Below, one piece after another: positions 1 through 10,464 of a DNA stretch of 64,000 nt (within the stretch, counting starts at the first letter, position 1; each line of letters begins with the position of its first letter). Source of the stretch: Thermoproteota archaeon. Lineage in GTDB: Archaea > Asgardarchaeota > Jordiarchaeia > Jordiarchaeales > Freyrarchaeaceae. A model generated the notes under the pieces. The model made no database searches. It saw only the letters and a program-made list of their open reading frames with translations, and was not told where the DNA came from. The position numbers and the translations under genes are program-made. Location: assembly GCA_029258835.1 (NCBI GenBank), contig JAPDJY010000034.1, positions 31,036 through 95,035 on the forward strand. Reading direction: 5' to 3'.

Positions 1-38
1 AAAGAAGACGATAGAATGGTATAGAGCACGAATGAAAG

Positions 39-281
39 CTAAACAGTAATATTAGCCCCTTCTTTTCCAAGCTCCATTACTTCCCTCAGCAATTTAAGGG
101 TCTCCTCAGCCTCCTCCGGCTTAAGCTTCTCTATGGCGTAACCAGTATGAATCATCACGTAATCTCCCACCCTAACATCGTCGAGTAAAGTAATAAATGC
201 CTCCCTCACGACGCCTCCAAAGTCAACAATAGCCTTCTCACCGCGGACCTCTAAAACTTTAGCTGGAACCCCAAGACACAC
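39..281 (-). CDS. hypC: Hydrogenase maturation chaperone HypC
   Basis: (M)CLGVPAKV...VDFGGV.R...GDYVMIHTGYAI signature; start trimmed to GTG at 281 behind GGAG. Confidence 0.95.
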   Translation of the reverse strand: MCLGVPAKVLEVRGEKAIVDFGGVVREAFITLLDDVRVGDYVMIHTGYAIEKLKPEEAEETLKLLREVMELGKEGANITV

Positions 282-431
282 GTCTACCAGCTCCCTTAAC
301 ACACCCATCTTCAACTATATGCCGAAACAATTTTAAGTTTTCCTCAGAAGAGCCACCCTCATCTTTCCGTAATGAACCATCATGAGCCGAGAAAACGTGC
401 TTACCCTGATTTTCCATCAATTCTCCGTTGC

Positions 432-977
432 TCATATCCCTAGTATTATTTCTAGATATGACTTCAATTCGAAGCCTTCCGTCGGAATCCCCAGCTCCTT
501 CGCCTTCATAATCAATTTTTCCCTTTTTCCCTCTATTTCCCCTTCATCTTCCACCGTCCCTTCAATTTCGACGAAGAAACCGGCGTCCTCCACACAGTCT
601 AAATGGAGCAACTCATCGTTAAACTTGTAAGTTTTCCTTTTCTTAACTACCTTCGCAACCCGTTTAAATCCGAGTTTCTCGAGAAGGGATACGAAGCTAT
701 TGAAATCCTCAACTTTAACTTGGATTTCCTCTCTAGTTTTCGATCTAGAATCTATCCTTGGCCCTTTATACGTAACCTCCACCCTACCCCTAGCACGCCT
801 AACCCTTAACGCCTCGTCGCTTACCGCAAAGTTTCTTGAAGGATGCTGAAAGTAAACGTCCTCCTGCACTTCCTCACCTAGAAACTTTCCACCCAAAGTT
901 AACACTTTAGACGCAATTTTTTCCATAAGTTCTCTTGGAACCCTATACTTAACTTCAACCTCTATCATTAAACCCAC
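432..977 (-). CDS. cyaB: Class IV adenylate cyclase / CYTH-domain protein
   Basis: EVEVKY N-terminus, QEDVYF, ALRVR, TYKGP, FVEIE, C-terminal KSYLE. Confidence 0.88.
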   Translation of the reverse strand: MGLMIEVEVKYRVPRELMEKIASKVLTLGGKFLGEEVQEDVYFQHPSRNFAVSDEALRVRRARGRVEVTYKGPRIDSRSKTREEIQVKVEDFNSFVSLLEKLGFKRVAKVVKKRKTYKFNDELLHLDCVEDAGFFVEIEGTVEDEGEIEGKREKLIMKAKELGIPTEGFELKSYLEIILGI

Positions 978-2085
978 CCTAATCTATATTTTCAAGTCAT
1001 CATCAGTGCCGAAACCTAACACGGAAGGAAAAGTTATGTAACCGTTGCCAGCCAGTTTTCTTACACCTCCACCTGATTTCATCATCAGCACGCCTCAACG
1101 CATTTGCGGACGCTGTCCATAATTTCTGAAAAAAGGAGCGATTAACGCAGTGCTCGTCTCCCTATAAAATTTCCTATCTGTTGTATGTCCAACGAAAGCC
1201 ATGCACGGACAGTCCTCCAAATGCCCTCCACAATCCTGCTGACTACCCCCGTCCTCGATCCATTTCATTGGAATCCTAACCGGCACCTACCATCCCCCTC
1301 AACGTAAGGATATGTCCTTCCCTTGAAACAAGGGTGATAGCATCCTCTGAACACGGCCCTGTAAATTGCACCGGAAACCTCTCCCATCAGGTCTATGTAT
1401 GCCCTGCCTAACGTGGGGCGGAGCATAGCGACGCAGAATTAGCAACCATGGTGAACCTTCCACAACCCTATGTAATTTATCCAAGTTCAAGGCAGCTGCA
1501 TAGTATCCTTTCAGGAAAGGTTGAACATTAAAGTTCATTTCCGGCCCTAAAGCTATGCATTTAGCGTGCTCACGGTTACAGGGTATGAAGGCCATTGGAA
1601 GAAAGGTTCCCGCAGTGGTATGCACCAATCTCCTCCCATCGAATTCATTCGGAAGGCTCCCTCCTCTCCGATGCTCATCATTCCAATGCTCAACGCCTCC
1701 GTTCCGTTGAGGGATGGTTGGAATGCCCTAGCAATCTCTCCATGCAGTCCTAGAGGCGTCAAGTGTAAAAACCTTTCACCTTGTTCATCCATCGGCAAAG
1801 ATACACGACCCTGTAAACATCTCTCCGCAGTCTCAACGGTTTCCTCCATCTCTTCTACAGTAACTCTTCAAATAAAAAAGGTTACCTCTCCAGTTTCATC
1901 AAACGAATCGCCTAAGGATCGCCTAAAGGGAAAGTCGAATGGGCTTGATCGCGAATCTATAAAAAGAAGTTGAAATATGGTTTCCGAGAGAACACTTATA
2001 TACTTCTGGAAGCGATTTAACTTCTGCCTTTCTTGTAAATTCTAGGAGGGACATAAAAATTTCAGGGAAAAACCATGGTGGAAAA

Positions 2086-2832
2086 GTGCTCCTTTTGGAC
2101 CTAGACGGGACGCTCGGTTTTTCATTGATACCCGAAGAGGAAGCCATCTCTGAAACATTAGAGTTCATTTCTAGGAAATTAGCAAAGCGCTTCAACAGGG
2201 CAGTCAGCATAGAGGAATTGCACGCACTTTACAGGGAGACAAAGAGGGAACAGTACAGCATCTACCATCTTAACCCGAAAAGGCATAATAAAGACTTAAG
2301 GTGGGAGATGCTTCTCAACAAGCTGGAAAGTAAAGTGGGTGTTAGGTTACCTGAAGACTTCCGCGATGAGGTTAGGATGCGTTACTGGTCTTCTTTTGAA
2401 AGCAAGGCTAAGCCTTATCCTGATGCACAGGAAACCCTAGAAAAGTTGATGGGAGGCTTTGTAGTGGTGATCGTAACTAATAACGACCTTGCGGAAGCGC
2501 AGAGGAAACTAAGGATTTTCGGCTTAAAAGAGGGGAAGCACTATGATATCCTCATCACATCCGAAAACTTTAACGTCTGCAAGCCTTCACCAGATTTTCT
2601 CAAGAAACTTCTTCCCTTCCTCGAGCAAAAACTAAATTGCAAGGTAACCCTCGACAATGTGGTCATAATAGGTGACGACCCTAAAAATGATATAGCGTGG
2701 GCCAGATCTGTTGGAGCCAAAGCTATAAGGATTAAGAGGGATCTTCTCGCTGACCTTGAACCAGGAAGCGAGGCAGAGAAGGCTGACCACGTAATCGAAA
2801 ACCTATCAGACTTGCTCAACATACTCCGTTAA
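2086..2832 (+). CDS. HAD-superfamily hydrolase
   Basis: DLDGTL motif I, VTN motif II, KP and GDDPKNDI motifs III/IV. Confidence 0.9.
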   Translation: MLLLDLDGTLGFSLIPEEEAISETLEFISRKLAKRFNRAVSIEELHALYRETKREQYSIYHLNPKRHNKDLRWEMLLNKLESKVGVRLPEDFRDEVRMRYWSSFESKAKPYPDAQETLEKLMGGFVVVIVTNNDLAEAQRKLRIFGLKEGKHYDILITSENFNVCKPSPDFLKKLLPFLEQKLNCKVTLDNVVIIGDDPKNDIAWARSVGAKAIRIKRDLLADLEPGSEAEKADHVIENLSDLLNILR

Positions 2833-2881
2833 ATCCTCCGTTAAATCTTTTAATTATCCTCCTACTTGGAGGTTTCCTTAA

Positions 2882-4171
2882 ATGGACGTTATCGAGAAGG
2901 TTTTCTCCAAGATCGGGTTAGAGTTTGACGCGGAGGTAGGAGCATACATCCATAAAAAGACCAATATTCCTTTAACAGTTCATTATGACCAAGAGAAAGA
3001 AGAGCTTGTTTTGCTGGATCAAACTAAGCTTCCCTTCGAGGTCGCTGTTTGGAGAACTAAAGACTGGAGGGAAGCAGGAGATCCTGGAATAAAGGGGATG
3101 ATAGTTAGAGGGAGCCAAGCCATAGGGTGTGCCGCGGGCTACGCTATGTTGCTCGCAGCAAACAGTTTTAGAAACCTGAAAGAGAATCGTTTCACAGAGA
3201 AAATGGCTGAGGCAGCGTCCTTCTTAGACGCTACAAGGCCGACCGCGTCCCCCTTAAGGTGGGCTGTGGAGCTCTGCATGAAAGCTATGCGGAGCGCGCT
3301 CCGAGACGGAGGAGTTGAAGAGGCAATTGAAGCCATTAGGGAGACTGCAGACTACATACTCGCCTCTGATTTGGTCATGAACTGGTACCTGAGACAGGAA
3401 GGGAAGCCGCTAATAAGTGACGGCGACGTAATAATGACACACTGTAACGGGGGAAGCTTATCCTCAAGTTTCGGAGGGCATGCCCTAGGGATGATCGAAG
3501 AAGCTTACGCTGAAGGAAAGGACATTATGGTTATCTCTAAGGAGACCAGACCTAGAAGTCAAGGCTTCAAACTTACAACATGGGAGCTTAACCGGGCAGG
3601 TGTCCCAGTAGTTATCATAACGGATAACATGATTTCCTCCGCGATAGAACGGTTTAAGGTTTCAAAGGTGCTGCTTGGGGTCGACAGGGTTGCGAGGGAC
3701 GGCTCGGTAGCCAATAAGATAGGCTCCGCCGACATAGCGCGCGTAGCAGCGCTCTACGGCAACATAGACTTCTACTATGCTACATCATACAGCACCATAG
3801 ATCTAGATACGGATCATGGTAGCAGCATTCCAATAGAGGAGAGAAGCATAGAAGAAGTTACATACCCGTACAGGCTTGAAGCACAAGACAAACGGGTAAA
3901 AGGCATACTATCCGGGAAAAGCCTAGGTGAATGGCCTCCCAAGGAAGTTCTCGTTCATGGTAAACCAGGGAAGGGTCAGATAGCAATTTATAACCCTGCT
4001 TTCGACGTAACTCCTCCAAAACTGATAGACTTGATTATAACTGACATAGGGGTTTTTGCCCCTCAACAGATAAGAACGCTCACCGAGGAAAAAATAACCC
4101 AGATCGTAAGGGAGAGGCTGGAGAAGCAAGGAGTAACGGTGCCGAAGCATATAATCAGCTCGCGGGATTAA
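2882..4171 (+). CDS. mtnA: S-methyl-5-thioribose-1-phosphate isomerase (eIF-2B-like family)
   Basis: LLDQTKLP, MIVRG, RPTA, THCNGG, ETRP..QG.KLT.WEL, ANKIG, NPAFDVTP. Confidence 0.85.
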   Translation: MDVIEKVFSKIGLEFDAEVGAYIHKKTNIPLTVHYDQEKEELVLLDQTKLPFEVAVWRTKDWREAGDPGIKGMIVRGSQAIGCAAGYAMLLAANSFRNLKENRFTEKMAEAASFLDATRPTASPLRWAVELCMKAMRSALRDGGVEEAIEAIRETADYILASDLVMNWYLRQEGKPLISDGDVIMTHCNGGSLSSSFGGHALGMIEEAYAEGKDIMVISKETRPRSQGFKLTTWELNRAGVPVVIITDNMISSAIERFKVSKVLLGVDRVARDGSVANKIGSADIARVAALYGNIDFYYATSYSTIDLDTDHGSSIPIEERSIEEVTYPYRLEAQDKRVKGILSGKSLGEWPPKEVLVHGKPGKGQIAIYNPAFDVTPPKLIDLIITDIGVFAPQQIRTLTEEKITQIVRERLEKQGVTVPKHIISSRD

Positions 4172-4222
4172 TTCCAAAAACATTTTTATTTCTCCGTTAA
4201 AACTAAAGAACCTTGAAGGCCG

Positions 4223-4351
4223 GCGGGGGTTGCCTAGTGGCTAGCAGGGCAAGAAGCACGCCCACAAAAGGCGCTGGCCTGGAGTTAGCTGCTACCTGAA
4301 AGCCAGTTCCCCGTTTGGGGAGCGTGGGTTCGAATCCCACCCCCCGCGCCA
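4223..4351 (+). tRNA. tRNA-Ser(GGA), two introns (D-loop 4243-4267; 37/38 4285-4300), CCA encoded
   Basis: Acceptor GCGGGGG/CCCCCGC, G73, CCA; T-arm GTGGG-TTCGAAT-CCCAC; long variable arm; anticodon stem CTGGC/GCCAG; BHB-like motifs. Confidence 0.85.
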
Positions 4352-4352
4352 C

Positions 4353-5683
4353 CTAATAACATCCCTCCTCAAGCTCCTTAAGCCAGCTGATTCTTTCCTT
4401 AACGGGTTCACCGAAGGGATTCTGGCGGGACTCCACGTATTCAGCTATCTTCAAGTGTGGGGGTGGAGCATAGCCCAGGCTTACTAGGCGCTGCCTGAGC
4501 TTCTCGATCATGGACGGTACATCTATTTCAAGGGGACACACCTTCACGCATGCGCCACATCCGGTACAGCTAAAGGCTACGGGGGCCGCTTTCTCAACTC
4601 CATGGAAGAACGCTGTGAATATTGCTCCTATGCCGCCGACATACCGGTAGCCCATCACCTGCCCTCCAACCTTACCGTAAACGGGACAGACGTTTAGACA
4701 CGCGCCACATCTAATACAATATGCCGCCTCTTTAAAGTTTGGGATCAAAGATCATACTACTTCTACCATTATCCAGCAGAACTAGGTGGAGTTCTCTGGG
4801 GCCATGTGCTCCGATGGTTGTTGTTAGTTCTATGTCGGCTGTCCTGCTTGGGTCGGTTATAAGTGAAACGTAGCAAGCCATTAGCTGCCCGGTTGCGTTT
4901 GGAGGGAGAAGCTGAACTATCGCCATAGCGTCATCGATCGTTGGGACAACCTTCTCTATACCCGCTACGCAGACGTGTACTGGCGGCACGTTGGAGACGA
5001 AGCGGGCATTCCCCTCATTTTCAAGTATAATCAAGTATAACAATAGTTCCTGTCTCCGCTGCTATTACGTTGGCACCGGTTATCCCGACGTCGGCGCTCA
5101 TGAATTCTCTGCGGAGCAGCTGCCTCGCCGTTAGAGCGAGAGCTTCGACGTTAGGTGAAACCCTTCTACCAGTGGCTTTAGAGAAGAGGGCTGCAACCTC
5201 CTCCTTAGGAACATGGATGGCGGGAACCACCATGTGCGTCGCCCTCTCCCCCCTAAGTTGCACTATGAATTCCCTAAGGTCTGTTTCAACGACCCTGAAC
5301 CCCTCCCTCTCTAAGGCCTCGTTTAAGTCCACTTCCTCCGTAACCATAGATTTACTCTTGATAATTAATTGAGCCTCGTGTTCAGAGCACACTTTAATAA
5401 CGTACTTCCTGAGCTCCTCGGAATCCTCTGACAGGTGAAAGCTGCATCCTAACTCTTCCGCTCTCTCCTTCAGAATGGAAATTAACTGGGTTAAATTCTC
5501 TATCGACCACGCTTTCACCTCTCTCGCCCTCTTCCTTAACCATTGAATGTATGGTAGCGATGCAACTGCTTCCTTTCTTGCCATTGAAAACCGTGCCGTG
5601 GCTCTTTCCAAAGCCAACTGTAGCCTTTCATCACGGATGGCACTGGAAACCTTTTCCTTATACTCTTCGTACCATTCACTCAT
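4353..5683 (-). pseudogene. lutB: LutB/LldF-like LUD + 4Fe-4S protein split into three ORFs by two frameshifts
   Basis: KSKSMVTEE, ETDL.EFIVQL, GITGAN, ENEGN, GAHGP.ELH, CIRCGACLNVCP lie collinearly across ORFs 5021-5683, 4732-5043 and 4353-4748; 10-bp tandem duplication at 5021-5040 and one extra base near 4738-4740. Confidence 0.85.
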
Positions 5684-6438
5684 GGTCCACTCGTCACCCC
5701 TCTTAACGCTTCCCAGACGAGTTCGGGTAGGTCGAGCACCCTTACATCTAACCCGTATCTATCCGCAGCGTCTCTAAGGTTCTTGACGCAGAAGGGACAT
5801 GCTGTAACCAGTACGTCGACCCCCACTGAGATGGCCTGTTTAAGCCTTTCAGCAGCTATAGCTAGGCTGAGATCGGTGAGAGCAGACCTAACGCCTCCCC
5901 CTGCCCCGCAGCAGTATGCTTCATCACGGCTTTTAGCCATCTCCACCAATGTGACTCCCGGAATGGCCTTTATAACCCTTCTTGGAGCCTCATAAATGCC
6001 TAAGTGTCGTCCAAGGTGGCATGGGTCACAATACGTCACCTTTAACCGTACTTCACCACCAAGCTCTACTCCACATTCACTTAGCACGTCCTCTATGAGT
6101 TGGGAGATGTGAAGCGTCTCGAAGGGAATGTTGCCTATAATTTCAGGATACTCACGAAACGTTCTGAAGCAACCTGCACACGACGTTACAACTACCTCTA
6201 CGTTCCTCCTCGAAATCCTTCTGACGTTTTCTCTAGCAATTTTCTTGGCAGCTTCTCTTTGACCCGTCCGAAGGAGAACCGAGCCGCAGCACCCTTCCTC
6301 CTCCCCAAGCATAGTGAACTCAACATCCAAAGACCTGAGAACCCTGACGGTTGCTTTCGCTCTCTCCTTTACACGGTATGAAGCCATGCATCCAGCCCAG
6401 TATAATATGTCTGCCCTTAACCAAAAGCATCCCTCCAA
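5680..6438 (-). CDS. CCG-domain Fe-S protein (LutA/HdrD-like)
   Basis: Two CCG motifs (EGCCG, YCCGAGGG), SCAGC, DPCHLGR, TACPFC; coupled to lutB. Confidence 0.88.
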   Translation of the reverse strand: MEGCFWLRADILYWAGCMASYRVKERAKATVRVLRSLDVEFTMLGEEEGCCGSVLLRTGQREAAKKIARENVRRISRRNVEVVVTSCAGCFRTFREYPEIIGNIPFETLHISQLIEDVLSECGVELGGEVRLKVTYCDPCHLGRHLGIYEAPRRVIKAIPGVTLVEMAKSRDEAYCCGAGGGVRSALTDLSLAIAAERLKQAISVGVDVLVTACPFCVKNLRDAADRYGLDVRVLDLPELVWEALRGVTSGP

Positions 6439-6498
6439 ACATTAAAAGTGAATCTCCCACATTTAGCCATAGTTATCTTGGTGGCTTCGCGTCCCAGC

Positions 6499-8841
6499 TC
6501 AGCGTACAAGCTCTACCACGTGCTTCTTGCCATCATCCACTAGACTGACCGTGACCTCTCCCTTTCCGGCTAAGAACCCTCCCTCCCTCCCGTCCATGAT
6601 CACTTCTTTAACGTCGTCAATGCATCTGAACATAACCTTGTAGCTTTCTCTTTCAGGATTATACTTTCCTTTCCTCTCGCCAATCTCCAACCTAACCCTG
6701 TCCCCAAAGACGCCACACGCCATCCTCGTTACCGCATATTCGGAATCCACGCTTTCCCCGTCATCCTCGTAAAGGTTAAACTCTCCATTTCCAGGGTAAA
6801 CTTCTAAGGTTAACTCGTCAACTTTCTTCTCTCCAACGTAACTCATAGGAGGCCATTCAGGTATCATCGCCCCTTCAGCGACAAAGAGCGGTATTCTTTC
6901 AAGGGGTGCTTCGACGTCCCCTTCCCAGGGGCCAATGTGCTTTTCCCCAGTCCAATAGTTGTACCATACGCCCTTGGGGAGATATACCTTCCTCAACCGT
7001 GCTCCTTTAACGTAGACTGGAGCCACGAGGATGAACGGTCCAAAGAGGAACTCGTCGCCTCTATAGCATCTCTCATCGTTCGGGTAATGTAGGAAAAGAG
7101 GCCTCATGATGGGCATTCCAGTTTGCAAATGCTCCCAGAAAAGTGAGTAAATATATGGCAGAAGAGCATAGCGTAGCTTTATGTAGGTTCGCGCAATTTT
7201 TTCAACGTTTTCACCGAAAACCCATGGCTCTTGCTTCCACCCCTTAAAGGTGTGGCTTCTGCAGAGAGGATAAAATACTCCAAGCTGGATCCACCTAGCG
7301 TACATTTCAGGCGTACATCTTGCTATGAACGGTCTTTTAAACGCCAGCTTGCCAAAGCCTCCAATATCCGCTCCGGCGAAGGGTACACCGCTAACACTTA
7401 AGTTAAGTAGCATCTCGACGCTCAGCAGTATATGATCCCACGTGCTCATGTTATCCCCCGTCCAAGTGGCAGCGTACCTCTGAATGCCAGCGTACCCAGA
7501 CCTCGTCAATATGAACGTCCTCTTATCGGGATGTACGGTGTTAAAGGCCTTAACAGTAGCGACGGCCTCTAAAAGTGCATAAACGTTTCGTACCTCTTCA
7601 AACGGTAGAAAGCGCTTTCCGTCATAGAAGACTACGTCGTCGATTTTAATGCGTGGTCGCCTCACCATCACCAAGTTGTCATATACTGGCTCATTCATGT
7701 CATTCCAGATACCCGAGACCCCCTCACGCAGTAGTTTAATGTAGAGGCTGGCCCACCACTCTCGAACTTCCTCTCTGGTTAGGTCCGGGAAAACCTCGCC
7801 GCCAGCCCAAACGACCCCTGTAAATAACTTCCCATTTCTCCTCCTCACGAAGTATCCTTTTTCGACGCCTTCCCTGTAAACATCGTAGTTCCTGTCCCTT
7901 TTCACTCCCACCTCGGCTATGGCTACAACCTTAACACCTTTCTTCATGGCTTCCCTAGTAAACCCCTTAGGATCCGGAAATCTTTTAGGATGCCATGTGA
8001 AAGCCCTGTAACCATCCATGTAGTCTATGTCGAGGTAGACCACGTCGCACGGTATATCACGCCGTCTAAACTCGTCTATGATTCTTAACACTTGATCCGC
8101 GCTTTTGTAACCCCATCTTGACTGTTGATATCCAAGCGCCCACAGGGGAGGAAGCGGGGTACGCCCTGTTAGAAGCGTATATTTCTCTATGACCTCAGAA
8201 GGACTGGGTCCAGGAATAACGTAATATTTTGCTTCTCCTCCATTAGCTGTCACAGTGTAGACTGTGGGATCGCTGAAGCCCATATCAAAAACCGTTTCGT
8301 AAGTGTTATCTAGAAAGAAGCCGTAGGAAAACCCCTTTCTTAATGCTATGAAGAAAGGTATGGACTTGTAAAGTGGATCTGTGTTGCGGTTGTAGCATTG
8401 AGGGTCGGTGTTCTTCATCACCAGGCGGCATCCCCTTTTATCAAACGTCTTAGCTTTCTCTCCGAATCCAAAATAGTGCTCGCCATCAGCTATTTTCTTT
8501 CTAATAGTGAAGCCGCCGTCCCATAGCTCGATTGGTGAGGCGTCACAGCAAAACTCTGCATTGTTAAACGTGAACGAGAATGTGCAGCTCCTCTTATCAA
8601 CGTAAACCACCACTTTTCCGTCCCCAGCTACTAGCCCATCTCCATCATCATTGACCGTGACTTTGACTTCTCCAATATCTTCTCTGACAACCGCCCAAGA
8701 CCCGTCTTCCTTAAGTGAGGTGGCTACCCTTAACTTGACACAGCCCCTACCGATGAAGGCAACTTCAGCCTCCCCATGCTCACATCTAAGAGTGAAATTC
8801 CTCTGGGAAGAATAGCTCTCCAAGACTCTCCCTATCTTCAA
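6499..8841 (-). CDS. Glycoside hydrolase family 31 (alpha-glucosidase-like)
   Basis: WNDMNEP nucleophile motif, WTGDN acid/base, GADIGGF, YLDIDYMD. Confidence 0.95.
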   Translation of the reverse strand: MKIGRVLESYSSQRNFTLRCEHGEAEVAFIGRGCVKLRVATSLKEDGSWAVVREDIGEVKVTVNDDGDGLVAGDGKVVVYVDKRSCTFSFTFNNAEFCCDASPIELWDGGFTIRKKIADGEHYFGFGEKAKTFDKRGCRLVMKNTDPQCYNRNTDPLYKSIPFFIALRKGFSYGFFLDNTYETVFDMGFSDPTVYTVTANGGEAKYYVIPGPSPSEVIEKYTLLTGRTPLPPLWALGYQQSRWGYKSADQVLRIIDEFRRRDIPCDVVYLDIDYMDGYRAFTWHPKRFPDPKGFTREAMKKGVKVVAIAEVGVKRDRNYDVYREGVEKGYFVRRRNGKLFTGVVWAGGEVFPDLTREEVREWWASLYIKLLREGVSGIWNDMNEPVYDNLVMVRRPRIKIDDVVFYDGKRFLPFEEVRNVYALLEAVATVKAFNTVHPDKRTFILTRSGYAGIQRYAATWTGDNMSTWDHILLSVEMLLNLSVSGVPFAGADIGGFGKLAFKRPFIARCTPEMYARWIQLGVFYPLCRSHTFKGWKQEPWVFGENVEKIARTYIKLRYALLPYIYSLFWEHLQTGMPIMRPLFLHYPNDERCYRGDEFLFGPFILVAPVYVKGARLRKVYLPKGVWYNYWTGEKHIGPWEGDVEAPLERIPLFVAEGAMIPEWPPMSYVGEKKVDELTLEVYPGNGEFNLYEDDGESVDSEYAVTRMACGVFGDRVRLEIGERKGKYNPERESYKVMFRCIDDVKEVIMDGREGGFLAGKGEVTVSLVDDGKKHVVELVR

Positions 8842-8888
8842 GATATGCCCCCTCGCCTATGTTCTTCAACGCCTCTAAGCTCCCTTTC

Positions 8889-9338
8889 TCATATGTCGAG
8901 GACGAACACGAGGCGTGCTTCATCTTCCCCAACATTAATTTCCATTTCGTGATACGTTGCTGCTTTGACATCGGTCTTTGAGACGTGCTTTTCAGGGTTA
9001 AACCTTTCACCCCTCGCCGTTGCGGCCAGTCTGTACCGTCCATCCTCCCTTCTTATCTCTTCAACGTTAACCACAGAGAAGATCAGCCCCTCGGAGTCGG
9101 TCAAATATATGAATTCTTCAAGCCAGTTGTAAAGTAAGCTCTCTAGGTCCTCCCCCTCCACCTCTATTCTCCTTTCCACCTCAGGGTTAACCCTTGAGGT
9201 ATCCGTCATTAACTCGTAGAGTGCCTTAGCAGCCTCCTCGAAAGCCTCCTCCAAGCTTCCCCCTTTGGCCTCTATTTTAGCGTCCGCCGTATGCTCAAGA
9301 AACCTAAAGCCACCCATCCATCTCATCCCCCTCTTCAT
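8889..9338 (-). CDS. Archease (RtcB tRNA-ligase cofactor)
   Basis: EHTAD N-terminal motif, DVKAATYH, C-terminal VLDI. Confidence 0.95.
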   Translation of the reverse strand: MKRGMRWMGGFRFLEHTADAKIEAKGGSLEEAFEEAAKALYELMTDTSRVNPEVERRIEVEGEDLESLLYNWLEEFIYLTDSEGLIFSVVNVEEIRREDGRYRLAATARGERFNPEKHVSKTDVKAATYHEMEINVGEDEARLVFVLDI

Positions 9339-9509
9339 CCTCCCTTTATCACTTCAACTATGAAAAAGCTTTGCCTTCTCTCCAAGCACGCTAGCCATAC
9401 CATGTAACGCCTTAACTTGATGCTAGAGCTCTCAGATGGTATCTGTATAATACCAAGCTTCAAAACATTAACCCTCCTTGGTTTCAGGTAAAGGGCTGGA
9501 GGTTCTCGG

Positions 9510-9998
9510 TTGAAATACGTGAAAGTGGCCTTCTTAGGTATGCCCTCCGTTGGTAAAACAAGCATTATAAGGCTTCTAAGCGACAATAAGGTAGTTAAAA
9601 GCTATGACCCAACTATAGGGGTAGACTTTGGCTCCTTATCTGTCGGTGAATGCGAGGTCTGCCTCTGGGACTTTGCGGGGCAGAAGAGGTTCCGTTTCCT
9701 CTGGGACGACTTTCTGAAAGGGGCAAAGGTGATCTTCGCCGTGACGGACTCAACTCCTAAGAACGTTTTAAACACTAGGGAAATAGTAAGCGAGGTGAAA
9801 GAGAAAACCGACGCGTTTCTCATCGGGATAGCCAACAAGCAAGACTTGCCAGGAGCCATGAAACCGAAGCAAGTAGAAAGCATACTTAGAATACCCACCT
9901 ATGGGATGGTTGCCATAGACCCTAGGAAAAGAGTTAAAATGTACAGCATATTAAGGCAGGCACTAGAGCAGGCAGTGCTAGCTGTGGCGACAAACTAA
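9510..9998 (+). CDS. Ras/Arf-like small GTPase
   Basis: G1 GMPSVGKT, G2 PTIG, G3 WDFAGQ, G4 NKQD; 162 aa. Confidence 0.92.
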   Translation: MKYVKVAFLGMPSVGKTSIIRLLSDNKVVKSYDPTIGVDFGSLSVGECEVCLWDFAGQKRFRFLWDDFLKGAKVIFAVTDSTPKNVLNTREIVSEVKEKTDAFLIGIANKQDLPGAMKPKQVESILRIPTYGMVAIDPRKRVKMYSILRQALEQAVLAVATN

Positions 9999-10044
9999 AA
10001 CCTTTTTTAAGCATTCTGATGGTGTTATCCCAGAACCCGGTGAA

Positions 10045-10404
10045 GTGTCTTGCATGGCTGATTTCGGGCTTGGACGTCCAGAGAAACCTGTCAGAATACC
10101 GCCCGCAACCCCCAGAAAAATTAAGGACTTATCTCGGTCAGATGGTAGGGTGAGGATAATGGGCGTCGTGGTTGAATCATCATCTAACCACGTGGTAATT
10201 GACGATGGAACTGGTATGGTCATGATTAACTTGGCAAGTAGCACTCCGCCTCCCTCCACCGGGAAATACGTCAGGGTTTTCGGGCTTGTGACATCTGACG
10301 AGAAAGGCGGCCTCTACGTGAACGCTGAGATCCTACAGGACATGAGCTCCCTAGACCTTGACCTTTACAAGCGCGTCCGGAAGGTGATCGAGTCGGAACG
10401 TTAA
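10045..10404 (+). CDS. Single OB-fold protein, RPA small-subunit-like
   Basis: VRIMGVV...IDDGTG...GKYVRVFG OB pattern with C-terminal helix; directly upstream of PCNA. Confidence 0.7.
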   Translation: MSCMADFGLGRPEKPVRIPPATPRKIKDLSRSDGRVRIMGVVVESSSNHVVIDDGTGMVMINLASSTPPPSTGKYVRVFGLVTSDEKGGLYVNAEILQDMSSLDLDLYKRVRKVIESER

Positions 10405-10464
10405 AAAGCTATGCGCAAGCATTAAGATTAACTAGGAGGGAACACGTTTTTCTCTTCTAGACGA

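Noticed and set aside
2882-4171. Ribose-1,5-bisphosphate isomerase partner of AMP phosphorylase
   Set aside because: LLDQTKLP, THCNGG.L and QG.KLT.WEL fit MtnA better
4351-8841. Island integrated at the tRNA-Ser 3' end
   Set aside because: No duplicated tRNA 3' end and no integrase seen; composition matches the host
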